DNA of 64,000 nt. It comes from Azolla caroliniana (taxonomy: Eukaryota > Plantae > Polypodiophyta). Below are positions 1 to 10,169 of the stretch, in pieces; the first letter of the stretch is position 1, and every line of letters begins with the position of its first letter. The notes beneath the pieces are model-generated. The model had not been told where the DNA came from and did not search any database. It saw only the letters and a program-made list of their open reading frames with translations. The DNA lies in assembly GCA_043228905.1 (NCBI GenBank), contig JBHGNT010000021.1, forward strand, positions 5,642,001 through 5,706,000. Reading direction: 5' to 3'. The translations under genes were made by a program, and so were the position numbers.

Positions 1-469
1 GATGAAGATTAAGGAGAGAAGATGGGCGAAACGAGAATAGTAGATTGATATGTCCATGACTGGCGTTGTTCACCTTGAATTCCTTCAAGGTGAACTCAAC
101 TATTATACTAAGTGGCATGCATACTTGTTGCACGCATGTGATACAATAGAGCATGTAGGCAGTAGGTACGCATGCATGTGCCAAGTGTAAATAATACAAG
201 GGAGAAATTATGCACATGATGCTAGCTAAAACCAACAATGAGGAAGTATATATATGATTATATGTTAGATGTGTGGTTAACACATAACACTCGATTATAA
301 CTTGGTCATGTCAAGAGTTCGAATCTTGACATTGTCCCCCCTCCAATGATGCCTTCCCAAATCGTTTGTGGACTTTAGGGGATATTGTTGATGAAAATCT
401 TAGATCACCTCAAAAGTATTTTGTAAATCCTAGACAAGGAGTAACCCTTCCACAAGACAAGGTATTTAA

Positions 470-1125
470 CACCAACGGGCATGAGTGACCATGTGTGGTC
501 CTCGCGTAGGACTGGAACACAAATATCAATGGGTGTGATCGACCATGTGCGGTCCTCACGGGGAGCATGAACACCAAGGGGCATGAGTGACCATGTGGGG
601 TCCTTGCCAGGAACTGGAACGTTCCTCGCTGAGAGTTGGAACACCAACACCAACAGGCGTGAGCAACCATGTTGTCCTCACCGAGAAATGGAACACGAAC
701 AAGTGAGCGACCATGTGGCCCTCACCGGGAACTGGAACATGAACAACAACGGGCATGAGCGACCTTGTCGGTCCTCGCCGGGATCTAGAACACGAACAAT
801 AGTTGGAGTGAGCGACCATGTGCGGTTGTCACCGGAGACTGGAACACGAACGGGAGTGAGCGACCATGTGGCCCTCACTGGGAACAGGAACACGAACGGG
901 AGTGAGTGGCCATGTGTGGCCCTCACCGGGAACAGGAACACGAACGGGCGTGAGCGACCATGCGGCCCTCACTGGGAACTCGAACACGAACGTGTGTGAG
1001 CGACCATGCGGCCCTCACCGGAAACTGTAACACGAACACCAACGAGAGTGAGAACTAGAACTAGAACTAGAACGGGAGTGAGCGGCCTTGTGCGGCCCTC
1101 ACCGGGAACTGAAACACGAACACAA
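470..1125. repeat. Internal tandem array, unit about 45-60 bp (GAACACGAACGGGAGTGAGCGACCATGTGGCCCTCACCGGGAACTG-like)
   Basis: About a dozen degenerate copies visible; the repetitive ORF translations (VSDHVALTGN, RTRTRT) arise from it. Confidence 0.9.
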
Positions 1126-1327
1126 ATGGGAAAGAAACTAAAAAATAGAGACAATGATGAGGAGAAACTAAAAGGCAATGAAAATGATGAGAAGAAACTA
1201 GGAGATAGAAATGGTGAGGGAGATAGGAAATAAAGCGATGTTGATGATGGTACAGTGACGATGGTAACTCTAGAAGCAAGGTTGATGACGGAGATGGGTG
1301 ATGCTTCTAGTTGGAAGGTGAACAAAC

Positions 1328-1753
1328 TGTCACGGACAAACCAAGGGCAGACTAAGACGGAGCACGGATGATGAGGCTATGACGGAGCGATGACGGAATG
1401 ACACAAGAGCATAAAGATAGAGATGAAGATTAAGGAGAGAAGATGGGCGAAACGAGAATAGTAGATTGATATGTCCATGACTGGCGTTGTTCACCTTGAT
1501 TTCCTTCAAGGTGAACTCAACTATTTATACTAAGTGGCATGCATACCTGTTGCACGCATGTGATACAATAGAGCATGTAGGTAGTAGGTACGCATGCATG
1601 TGCCAAGTGTTAATAATACAAGGGAGAAATTATGCACATGATGCTAGCTAAAACCTACAATGAGGAAGTATATACATGATTATATGCTAGATGTGTGGTT
1701 AACACATAACACTCGATTATAACATGGTCATGTCAAGAGTTCGAATCTTGACA
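1328..1753 (-). repeat. 5' LTR (426 bp) of the non-autonomous element
   Basis: TGTCACGG at 1328, TCTTGACA ending at 1753; minus-strand TATAAATA at 1529-1522. Confidence 0.85.
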
Positions 1754-2675
1754 CCGACACAGCTGTCTACCTCATGAACAAGTGTACAACCTCAAGGGTG
1801 CACGAAGTAACGCCCCACGAGAAGTTTTGTGGAAAGAACCCGGATTTATCCCACGTCAAGATATTCGACTCAATTGCATATGTACAGATTCCCGAAGAGA
1901 AGCAATAGAAGCTCGATCCTAAGTTACAGAAATGTATCCTCGTAGGGAACTCTCTCAAACAAAAGGGGTACAAGTGTTAAAACCCATCTACCCAGAAAGT
2001 TTGAGTGAGTCGGGACGTCGTGTTCGATGAGTCGACAACGAAGATCGACTAATGCATATGTTCGAAGAAAATCTTGTCACGACCAAGCTCAGTGGGCCAC
2101 AAGAGCCCCTGAGTGATCAGAGCACATCTCGGCCAAGTCCGAAGATGGGCAAAGGCAAGGCCAAAATGCCTGAATATGAAGACAATCAATTCGACAACAA
2201 TGAATTCGCTCACTCACTCGAAAATGAGCTTGATGACTTTGATGTGCCTCTTATGAGGTCATCCAGAGTTAAGAAAGCACTCACATTGGCAAATGAAAAA
2301 CTCTGACACTCCACCCGAGAGAAGAATCTGGTTAGCCGATTCGGTTACAACGACTATATGGCATATCACTATGCCTTTATGATGAAGGTGGCGATAGTTC
2401 GAGAACCGGAAAACTTTTCCGAAGCAGCCAAGGATCCACGATTGGTCGAATCAATGAACGAGGAGATGCAAGCACTATGCAAGAATGAGACATGGGATCT
2501 CATCGCACAAGAAGGCAATCGATTGTAGATGGATATTCAAGGTAAAGTATAATGTTGATGACTCTATCAATCGCTACAAAGCTCGACTCGTAGCGAAAGG
2601 ATATGCACAAATACATGGAGTCAACTATGAAGAGACCTTTGCCTCGATGGCAAAGATGACGATTGTGTGAACCGT

Positions 2676-3598
2676 TGTCGTGAAGTTGACACTTCACGAT
2701 GTGAAAACAATGTCAAAAATCTATAGAAGTACATTTCCCATCTGGAGCTTATGGCAAGGAGCATGAAGGAATTTTCAGTTCGTGAATCGGAGTTCAGAAG
2801 CCCAAGATACAAGCTTCGGAAGGATTAATGTTACTTGGGACAAAAATGTAATTATGTCAAAAGGGGGAGTCAAAATTAAATAAGGGCTATTTCTATAATT
2901 TCTTAAATATAGAACTATAAAATTGAATTGTAGCATCAATAAATAAACAAAATAAAATAAAAGAAATAAAAATACAACTGCCACGCCTCAAGAGGGTGGT
3001 AGGGTGGTTGACCACCCTATATAAGCCACGCCTATGGTGGCTAAAGGGAGGAGGGGAGGAGAAGGAGAAGGAAGAGAAGGAAAAGCGAGTGAAGAAGCTC
3101 ACGTGGGTATGGGATGCAGAGCTCGCCAAAGAAGATGGTGGCCTGCATAAATCAATACAAGAGTTAAAGAAAAGAAAGGAGATAGAAGAAAAGGAAGAAG
3201 TTAAAGTGGTGTATCTCAAATGCCTCTTTGTAAACAAAAGGTCATGAGTTTGAATCCTCTTCAAATAACTTCTTTTGGTAATCAAATTTTGTAATATAAA
3301 TTTAGTATATATAATGTGAAAGAGAAAGACAAATAAATAGAAACAATAGAGATTGAAGTGGTCTATCTCAAATGCTTCTTCTCAAATAGAGTTTATGAGT
3401 TCAAGTCTTGCCAAGTAGATTTTGGCAAATAAATATTGTAAGTGGTTGTTTTACAAGTAAAATTCTTTTCGCGACAACGTCGCATTTATCTTGCCTTCTC
3501 GGCTTCTTGTCATCGCACCGATTACGCGTTTTCACCCCGATCATCCCCGAGTCACAGAACCCCGGCGGTTGCGACACACAACCACAATCTTCGCGACA
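2676..3598. mobile_element. Solo LTR (923 bp, probably gypsy-type) inserted in the copia RT
   Basis: Ends TGTCGTGAAG / CTTCGCGACA (9/10 inverted); 4-bp TSD CCGT; removing it restores RT motif TVIALAVAKG. Confidence 0.88.
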
Positions 3599-4433
3599 CC
3601 GTGATAGCACTTGCAGTGGCGAAAGGGTAGCACCTCCACTAGATGGACGTCAAGAACGCCTTCCTCCACAACGAATGAGAAGAGGGGGGGTGTACATGAT
3701 CCAACAACCCGGCTTCGAATCCAACATCCATCCGAAAGCAGTCTAACGATTAAAGAAGCCACTCTATGACCTCAAGTAAGCACCACGTGCTTAGCATGTG
3801 AAGATCACAGAATATATTCATCAAATCGGCTTCAGAATGTCCAAATCTGACAACTCTCTCTATGTTAAAAGCGATTCTGGAAGCCTAATTGTCATCATCC
3901 TATATATGGATGATCTTGTCATTGGAGGTGAAAATCTAGTCGACATCAACAAGGTCAAGTCCCTCATCTCCGGCAAATTCGAGATGACGGACATGAAGGA
4001 GCTCCATTATTTCCTTGTCATTGAGGTAATTCAGACTCCAACTGGCGTTATGATCTCCCAACGACACTACATCCTTAACTTGTTATACAAGTTCGGGATG
4101 AATGAGTGTAAGTCTGTGGCAACCCCTCTCGATCGAAACCTCAAACTGGATGCCAACTCCGTCACGGAAGAGTGTGAGCCAACATTAGCACAAATCTTCA
4201 GACAACCGACATCTTCACCAAAGCCCTAGGAGTCGACAAACTTTGGCAATTCATGTCAGACCTTGGATTGATAATCCCTGACTTGCCAAACTTGAGGGGG
4301 AGTACAAGAGAGAACCATATACCGTCCGAACTTGGTACCAACCGAAGCGGACACCAGATATCATCTGAACCGAATACTAGCCGAAGCGGACATCAACCGA
4401 AAGGAACCGACCCGAGTTGAGCTTGAGGGGGTA

Positions 4434-5007
4434 TGTTGAGAATCAAGCTCAACCTAGACTTGTGTGTGAACACACCCTTTGAGAATCTATGAGCATTCAA
4501 AGATCAAAAGTCACCGCTACTCTTTACACATTAACTATGTGTCATAGAATCATATTCTATGACACAAAACTAATGAGTTCCATATTCCCCATGACAAATT
4601 AGTCTTCATATTCCCCAAGGTTCTAAAGAGAAAGTGGTTGTTGTAGTGAGTTAATGAAGAGACAGGGTGACCTTATATAAAGCACCCTCCTCATACTTCA
4701 TATAGTGTCGGTTGTTGCTCCTTGTAATGCTACATTTTTGTACTTTATATTCTCCTTGTTAATATACATCTTCTTTTTGAGTACTTCATTTCTCGTGTTT
4801 ATCTATCTTGTGTTTCTCTCCTCTCCTCTCATCTTTCCACACACACACACACACACACATAACACACATCTCTTTCGTTGCACAAAATCATATCTAATTC
4901 TTTACAAAGACTTTATAGTCCACACATTAACTAGATTCTATTTATGTAACTACTAAGTTACATGATTAACTAAATGGTTACACTCAGTTGAGCTTGATAT
5001 CTCAACA
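4434..5007 (+). repeat. Copia 3' LTR with about 20-bp terminal inverted repeats
   Basis: TGTTGAGAATCAAGCTCAAC ... GTTGAGCTTGATATCTCAACA; TATA near 4674; related LTR pieces at 28158, 53231 and 57246. Confidence 0.85.
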
Positions 5008-5016
5008 ATCTACTAC

Positions 5017-5740
5017 GTGTGCGTGACAGGAGAAAAGTGAAAGAGCTCGACGCTCCCTTGATTGTCATGGGCATGACAAGAGAAAAGGGAAAGGTCCAAT
5101 TGTTCCTATTCTTTGACGTGAGCAAGGTCCTACTGTTCCTCAAGACGGTGCATGTACAATATAGGGAGAAAGTGGGTCTCTTCCCGAGAATGATGACGGG
5201 CTCATAATGGATTGAGCCACGGTGAAAAGAGTGTGTGGCCTCTTCGACAAGTGAAGAGAATAGTACAACAAGGGTTCATCGACCGACCAAGCTATTGTGG
5301 GAAGAGAGAGGAGACTTATCATGGAGAATTCTATAGCACCAGAAAGAAGGGGATGAGTAAATACAGGGCCGACAACCACACCAAATGTGGTGGAAGGACC
5401 AATTAGGGAGTCGACAATCTATGAACTCACGATAATAGTGAGAGACCTATAAATAGTCCAAACTAGTCCAAAAGATGGTGGATGCCCTCCACAAGATTGA
5501 CGACCCACATATGTATGGGGCATCGTAGTTGTCGGAGGTAGTTGCGGTCTCATTGGCTCACTCGACTCACCATCACCGGAATCTTCAACCCTCACTCCCC
5601 TTCGTTTCTCCTTCATTACTTATTTAGTGGTTAACTTTGTTGCCACCATTGTAATCATTTAACTCGAGCATTTGTATACTCAATTTGTTAAGGGGTTTTT
5701 CCCAAATCTATTGTTTTCGGCCTAAAATGAGGCCTTTTTT
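5017..5740 (+). mobile_element. Probable LTR remnant
   Basis: LTR-like composition with CCTATAAATAG near 5446 and U5-like tail; ends and TSD not resolved. Confidence 0.35.
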
Positions 5741-6184
5741 ATCTCATTATTGTGTAAATCCTTTGTAATATCATGTTCCTTGTGCTAATCGCGTATTTCG
5801 ATCCCAACCTTTTGCGTTGTTGTGAGAATAAGAAGAGGAAGATGAGGATCTTGGTGTTCCTTTCCACTCTAGAGAGCCTTCTAGTCCTTACGTCCTCCCT
5901 ATTCCAAGGCCCCCGCTGTTCTACTAAAGTCATAATTGGGATATGTGCAATGCTTTTGTATTTGATGGTAAGCATGAAGTCAAAGCATATCTACAAAAGT
6001 TGAAGGGAGTACTAATGTGGCAAATTTGTTTATTGGGCACATGGAAATTCATTCCTCCATGGATTGTTCATCTTGCCTATTGGCAATTCAACATGTTCCA
6101 CTACTCATGTGGTTAGTGGGTGACCATACTCCATTATGACACCCACTTTAAGCACATTTATTAATATAATTGTGTTTTCACCAA

Positions 6185-6187
<3 letters not shown>

Positions 6188-6220
<33 letters not shown>

Positions 6221-6385
6221 AGAAGAAGAAGAAGAAGAAAGAAAGAAAGAAAGAAATATTAATGTCTTCTAAGACCAAAATTGGTGAGAGCGAGAAAGAA
6301 AGAAAGAAAGATATATTAACGTCTTCTAAGACCAAAAGTGGCCCATGAGACAATTGGTTTACAACAAAAATGGGGTATTTTGGCC

Positions 6386-6421
<36 letters not shown>

Positions 6422-6785
6422 CCAACCCCTACATTCCACAGTGGCATCTAGTGAATTAAGAGATATGTCTGAAGTATATAATAGAGAGGTGAGTAAAATT
6501 GGGTTTTAAACCCAATACATGGTGGTCTATAGTGTAACAATTGACCACTAGGGCAAACTAATTATAATAAAAGAAGAAGAAGAGAGAGAGAGAGAGAGGT
6601 TCATTGAAGATGAGAAGGTCATGAGTTCAATCTAAAACATTCCATAATGACATCTAGTAAATTAAAGGTTTAAAGGATATTTACGAAGAAATAGAGAGGT
6701 GAGAAAATTAGGTACCGAACCCAAGATGTAGAGCCAGTATCTAACAACTTACCACTAAGGGGTAAGCTAATTAGGAAAAGAGAAG

Positions 6786-6816
<31 letters not shown>

Positions 6817-6964
6817 GGGTAGAGAAAGAATTAAGGAGGGGTAGAGAAAGAATTAAGGAGGGGTAGAGTAAGAATTAAAGAAAATCCTTATTATCATTAA
6901 ACATACTGTTCTTCTCTGATTTCCTCTTCATTGTAATTTTATATGCTCTTTCTCTATCTCTCTC

Positions 6965-6998
<34 letters not shown>
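6188..6998. repeat. Microsatellite cluster (GA)n, (GAA)n, (GAAA)n, (CT)n with interleaved tRNA-like repeat fragments, upstream of the TOM2A-like gene
   Basis: Directly visible; 6421-6455 matches the 3' half of the unit at 39038-39410. Confidence 0.85.
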
Positions 6999-7002
<4 letters not shown>

Positions 7003-7098
7003 TCTGTTCGAAAGTAGAAGCCCCTGCTTTTGCTCCTTCGAGCATCATCCTCGAATATTCGTCTTCTTCCAATGGAGATCTGATCCTCAGGGACAAAG
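6999..7098 (+). other. Putative non-coding first exon (5' UTR) of the TOM2A-like gene
   Basis: Follows a (CT)n tract; donor AAG|GTACAC at 7098/7099; polypyrimidine-CAG acceptor ending at 9801, 39 nt of exon before the ATG. Confidence 0.55.
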
Positions 7099-8639
7099 GT
7101 ACACTGGTTGAGGAAACTGAACCTAAAGTTTTTGTTCAAGTATTCGATGTAGATCAAATATATCTGTTCCGTATTCCCTTCTTTTGTTTATGGTTTTACT
7201 TGCTCTTTTGAATCACCGATATTTTGTTGAAGAGAAAGGCTAGTGCTTCAGATGAGATCAAAGGAATTTCTCGCTCTTTTGCATTTCAGATCCTTGATTT
7301 GGCTCATGTTGGGTATCATTGTGACAATAAAGAAAGAACGAAACATGTAAATTTCCCAATATGGTTTACGATATCGATATTAGAGATTATAACTGAAAAT
7401 GTTATCCCATCTTGGAGAACAAAAAATAAAAAATAGATATAAATGATTTGTAAATCCACCTAAGATACTCTGACAATTTACCAACCATTTGTCTAGGGAT
7501 ATTCACATTACATCACTTACAAATTCCATGCTCTCAAGAGGAAACATGTCAATAATCCCATTGCAAGCATTTGAAACACTGAACTTAGACGAATTGAAAC
7601 TTTTGCTTTCTAAAGTTCAGCCGCTCCAAGATGGAGAGGTCTCAGAAACAAGGAAACCACCTTTACCATCAAAGTAATCATCATGTTAATGGCATTGATT
7701 TGTCAAAGAAAGGGTGAGGAGGCTGTGTTCATTGAAGATGTCTGTTTGTTGATATATTATAAACTACATTGTAGAATGTTATGATCTAGACCCTATGCAT
7801 GCTTACCTTGAAAGAAGAGACTGTAGACCAAACTTATTGAACTAGATGCAACCCATCAATTCATTGTAGAAAACCATTAAGGGTTAATTATACTGGAACC
7901 CTATATGCTTTCCCAGATTTGGTGTAGAAAGCAGTTTTTGAAATATTTTATTGCACTTAGAATGTTGTGGTTGGCATCCTATTTTATGGCCTTCGATTCA
8001 CCATGTAACAAGGAGGCCAAGGTTTATGAGGACAAAAAAAGTTTGGGTTCTTTCTGATGTGATTCTATACCCATATTTGCATCTTTCAACAACTCTCTCT
8101 CTGTCTCTTGGTTCCAGTAACAACAGTTCCAAGTGTCATTGGGCTTCATATTTCATTACATTGTGGATGAACCAAAAACTTGTGAAATCGAAAAAACTTC
8201 ATATTTGCTGTTGTGCCATTGTTTATAAAGTAAGGGGAAGATAACCTCTGTATCAAACCATGGCATAATCAGCAAATGTGTTCCACAAAACATTTATATG
8301 AGTATCTGCCTGCTACAATCTCTACCTGATGTGAAGAGTTATTGAGCTGTTCTTTAATCCTACAGAGTGCATGGGGGAGACCCATTTATGAGGTATGGTG
8401 ATAAATCCATCATGAAACATATGTAAAAGGACTTTATATGCTCATATACCTGCCAAGTGATATTTCAGGGCATATCCTATTTAATGAAAAGAGTTAGGAT
8501 AACTCTTTTCTTTTTCCACTTGGGTGATTGTTCATGTCCAAGTGTGGAAAACTCAAGCTATATTTGAAACAAGGGTAGTTCATTTATATTTATATCTGTG
8601 ATGTCAAGCCTGATTGCATTTTAGCATATAAAAGAACAG

Positions 8640-9440
8640 TTTATCCCTGTTTTGTTCTGCCAGATGTTTTGATATCATGAGACCAATCATGTGTACATTC
8701 AGCTTGGATATGTAGAATAATCGGCTTGGATATGTAGAATAATGCCTTGTTCACTATTTGGCTGCACCCATCCCCATGTGGAGTGTTGCATGGCCCACCA
8801 AATATTTTCTCTATCATGCAGGCAATCATTGAGATGAAAAACCTCTCTAAATTTCTCTAGGTATGTGCCCCATGAAGGCTGGCTCCCAAAATTTGTTGCA
8901 TCTATACATGCTTGTCAACTCTGCATGATGTGCATACAGAAGGGTCAACACTACGAGTGTATCAAACAACCACAAATTTGCATGTATTTTTTGGAACTCT
9001 TCTATATATTGCCAATTTTCGTTAAGTGCACAGATGGCTGTATATCCATGATATGCAAAGACCCTGTGAATTCCTGGGTATGTGTAGAATCATCTATATG
9101 CTTCTATTTTTTATTCAAGAAAAAATTCAGGATCCAATGTCATTATCTGTACGTGACTGGTGTGAAACTCCATGAATATGGTGTTGCAAATTAATCTTTA
9201 TATGTATAGTGCTATAATTATAGAGATGACACTTTTCAGTTTCTTTAGAGAGTATACTGTCAGCACAATAAATCCACACAATATGATCAGCATATAGTAA
9301 TATCAGCATTGTTATTCCCATGAGGTATGCCTGTGGACGTCCCAATTGCTCTTGTATTTAGATATGAAGAGAGTGGATATCCTGTTAAACTCCAATCATG
9401 CTAGTCACTTGTCTGCATGAGCAGAGCATGTGGTACTTGT
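8640..9440 (-). pseudogene. Degraded non-LTR retrotransposon RT fragment in the putative 5'-UTR intron
   Basis: Minus-strand ITMLILLYADHIV resembles the RT YADD motif. Confidence 0.5.
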
Positions 9441-9840
9441 CAAAGACCTTGTGGAAATTCAGGAAGCAACCATATATTTTTCGCTTATAGGTAAAGAAAA
9501 AGTTTAGCCTTTCATACATATAAAAGAAAGTTTGCATTGTTCTGTATTTGCTCATTTTTCTATATAGTGTTCAGTATTCTTTTGCATTTTCCCTAACAGG
9601 CCAAGGTCTGATCAGCAGGTGAAGTATACAACAGGGTTAGAAGTACTGTGGGAAAGTGATACTTTTCTGCTAGGTAATGAAAAATATCTGATTTTGTTTA
9701 CATTGTCATATAAATCAAAGACATCATCATTTATGTTCTTCAACATTACCAATAATTGATTTGTTTAAGTTGTTTGCGTCCCTTTGCCTTTTTCTCAACA
9801 GCAAGAAAAGGAGGGTTTTTATACATATTATTTGGTCAAA

Positions 9841-10169
9841 ATGACTTGTAGAGGCTTCATCCAGTTTTTGCTGAAAGTCATCAACTTCCTTTTTGCATTG
9901 GTTGGCCTAGCTATGATTGGATATGGCATATATATGTTTGTAATATGGAACAACAGTTCCTCATCATCAACTACAACATCACCTCCACCACCTCCCCCTC
10001 CAGATGAGTTTGGCCTCAGATATCAGTCGCCACCTGATCTCCCACTCAATCAATTTGATAGAGACAGTGCCATCAATGGCTTGCAACTTAGAAGAGCATT
10101 ATTGCAGGAAAATCCAACATCGAGCATTAACAACTTGTCCTCGTTTTGGAGCAGCATTCCAACAGCATG
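9841..10169 (+). CDS. TOM2A: TOM2A-like coding exon 1 (TM1, Ser/Pro-rich loop)
   Basis: ATG at 9841; donor TG|GTGAGT, phase 2. Confidence 0.92.

Larger units (their letters stand above)
1..1753 (-). mobile_element. Non-autonomous LTR retrotransposon (TRIM-like), probably mobilised by Tcn1/chromovirus machinery; left LTR cut by window edge
   Basis: 1-331 is a near-identical direct repeat of about 1422-1753. The full LTR 1328-1753 has TG..CA ends. The PPT (minus-strand TTGGAGGGGGGACAA, about 332-346) abuts the 3' LTR. The roughly 1-kb internal region has no gag/pol. The element is inserted into a copia integrase region (TAVYLMN resumes just after 1753). Confidence 0.85.
1754..5007 (+). mobile_element. 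Degenerate Ty1/copia retrotransposon (integrase C-terminus, RT, RNase H end, PPT, 3' LTR)
   Basis: RT motifs CRWIFKVKYN..RYKARLVAKGYAQ and ILYMDDL..MTDMKELHYFL; TDIFTKALGVDK near 4205-4240; PPT TTGAGGGGGTA before TGTTGAG at 4434; many stops; late RT and most of RNase H deleted near 4180. Confidence 0.93.

Noticed and set aside
470-1125. CRISPR-like repeat array
   Set aside because: Units are contiguous homologous repeats without unique spacers; eukaryotic TE context; no cas genes
583-1325. Short ORFs with repetitive peptides as host genes
   Set aside because: They are products of the tandem array inside an LTR element
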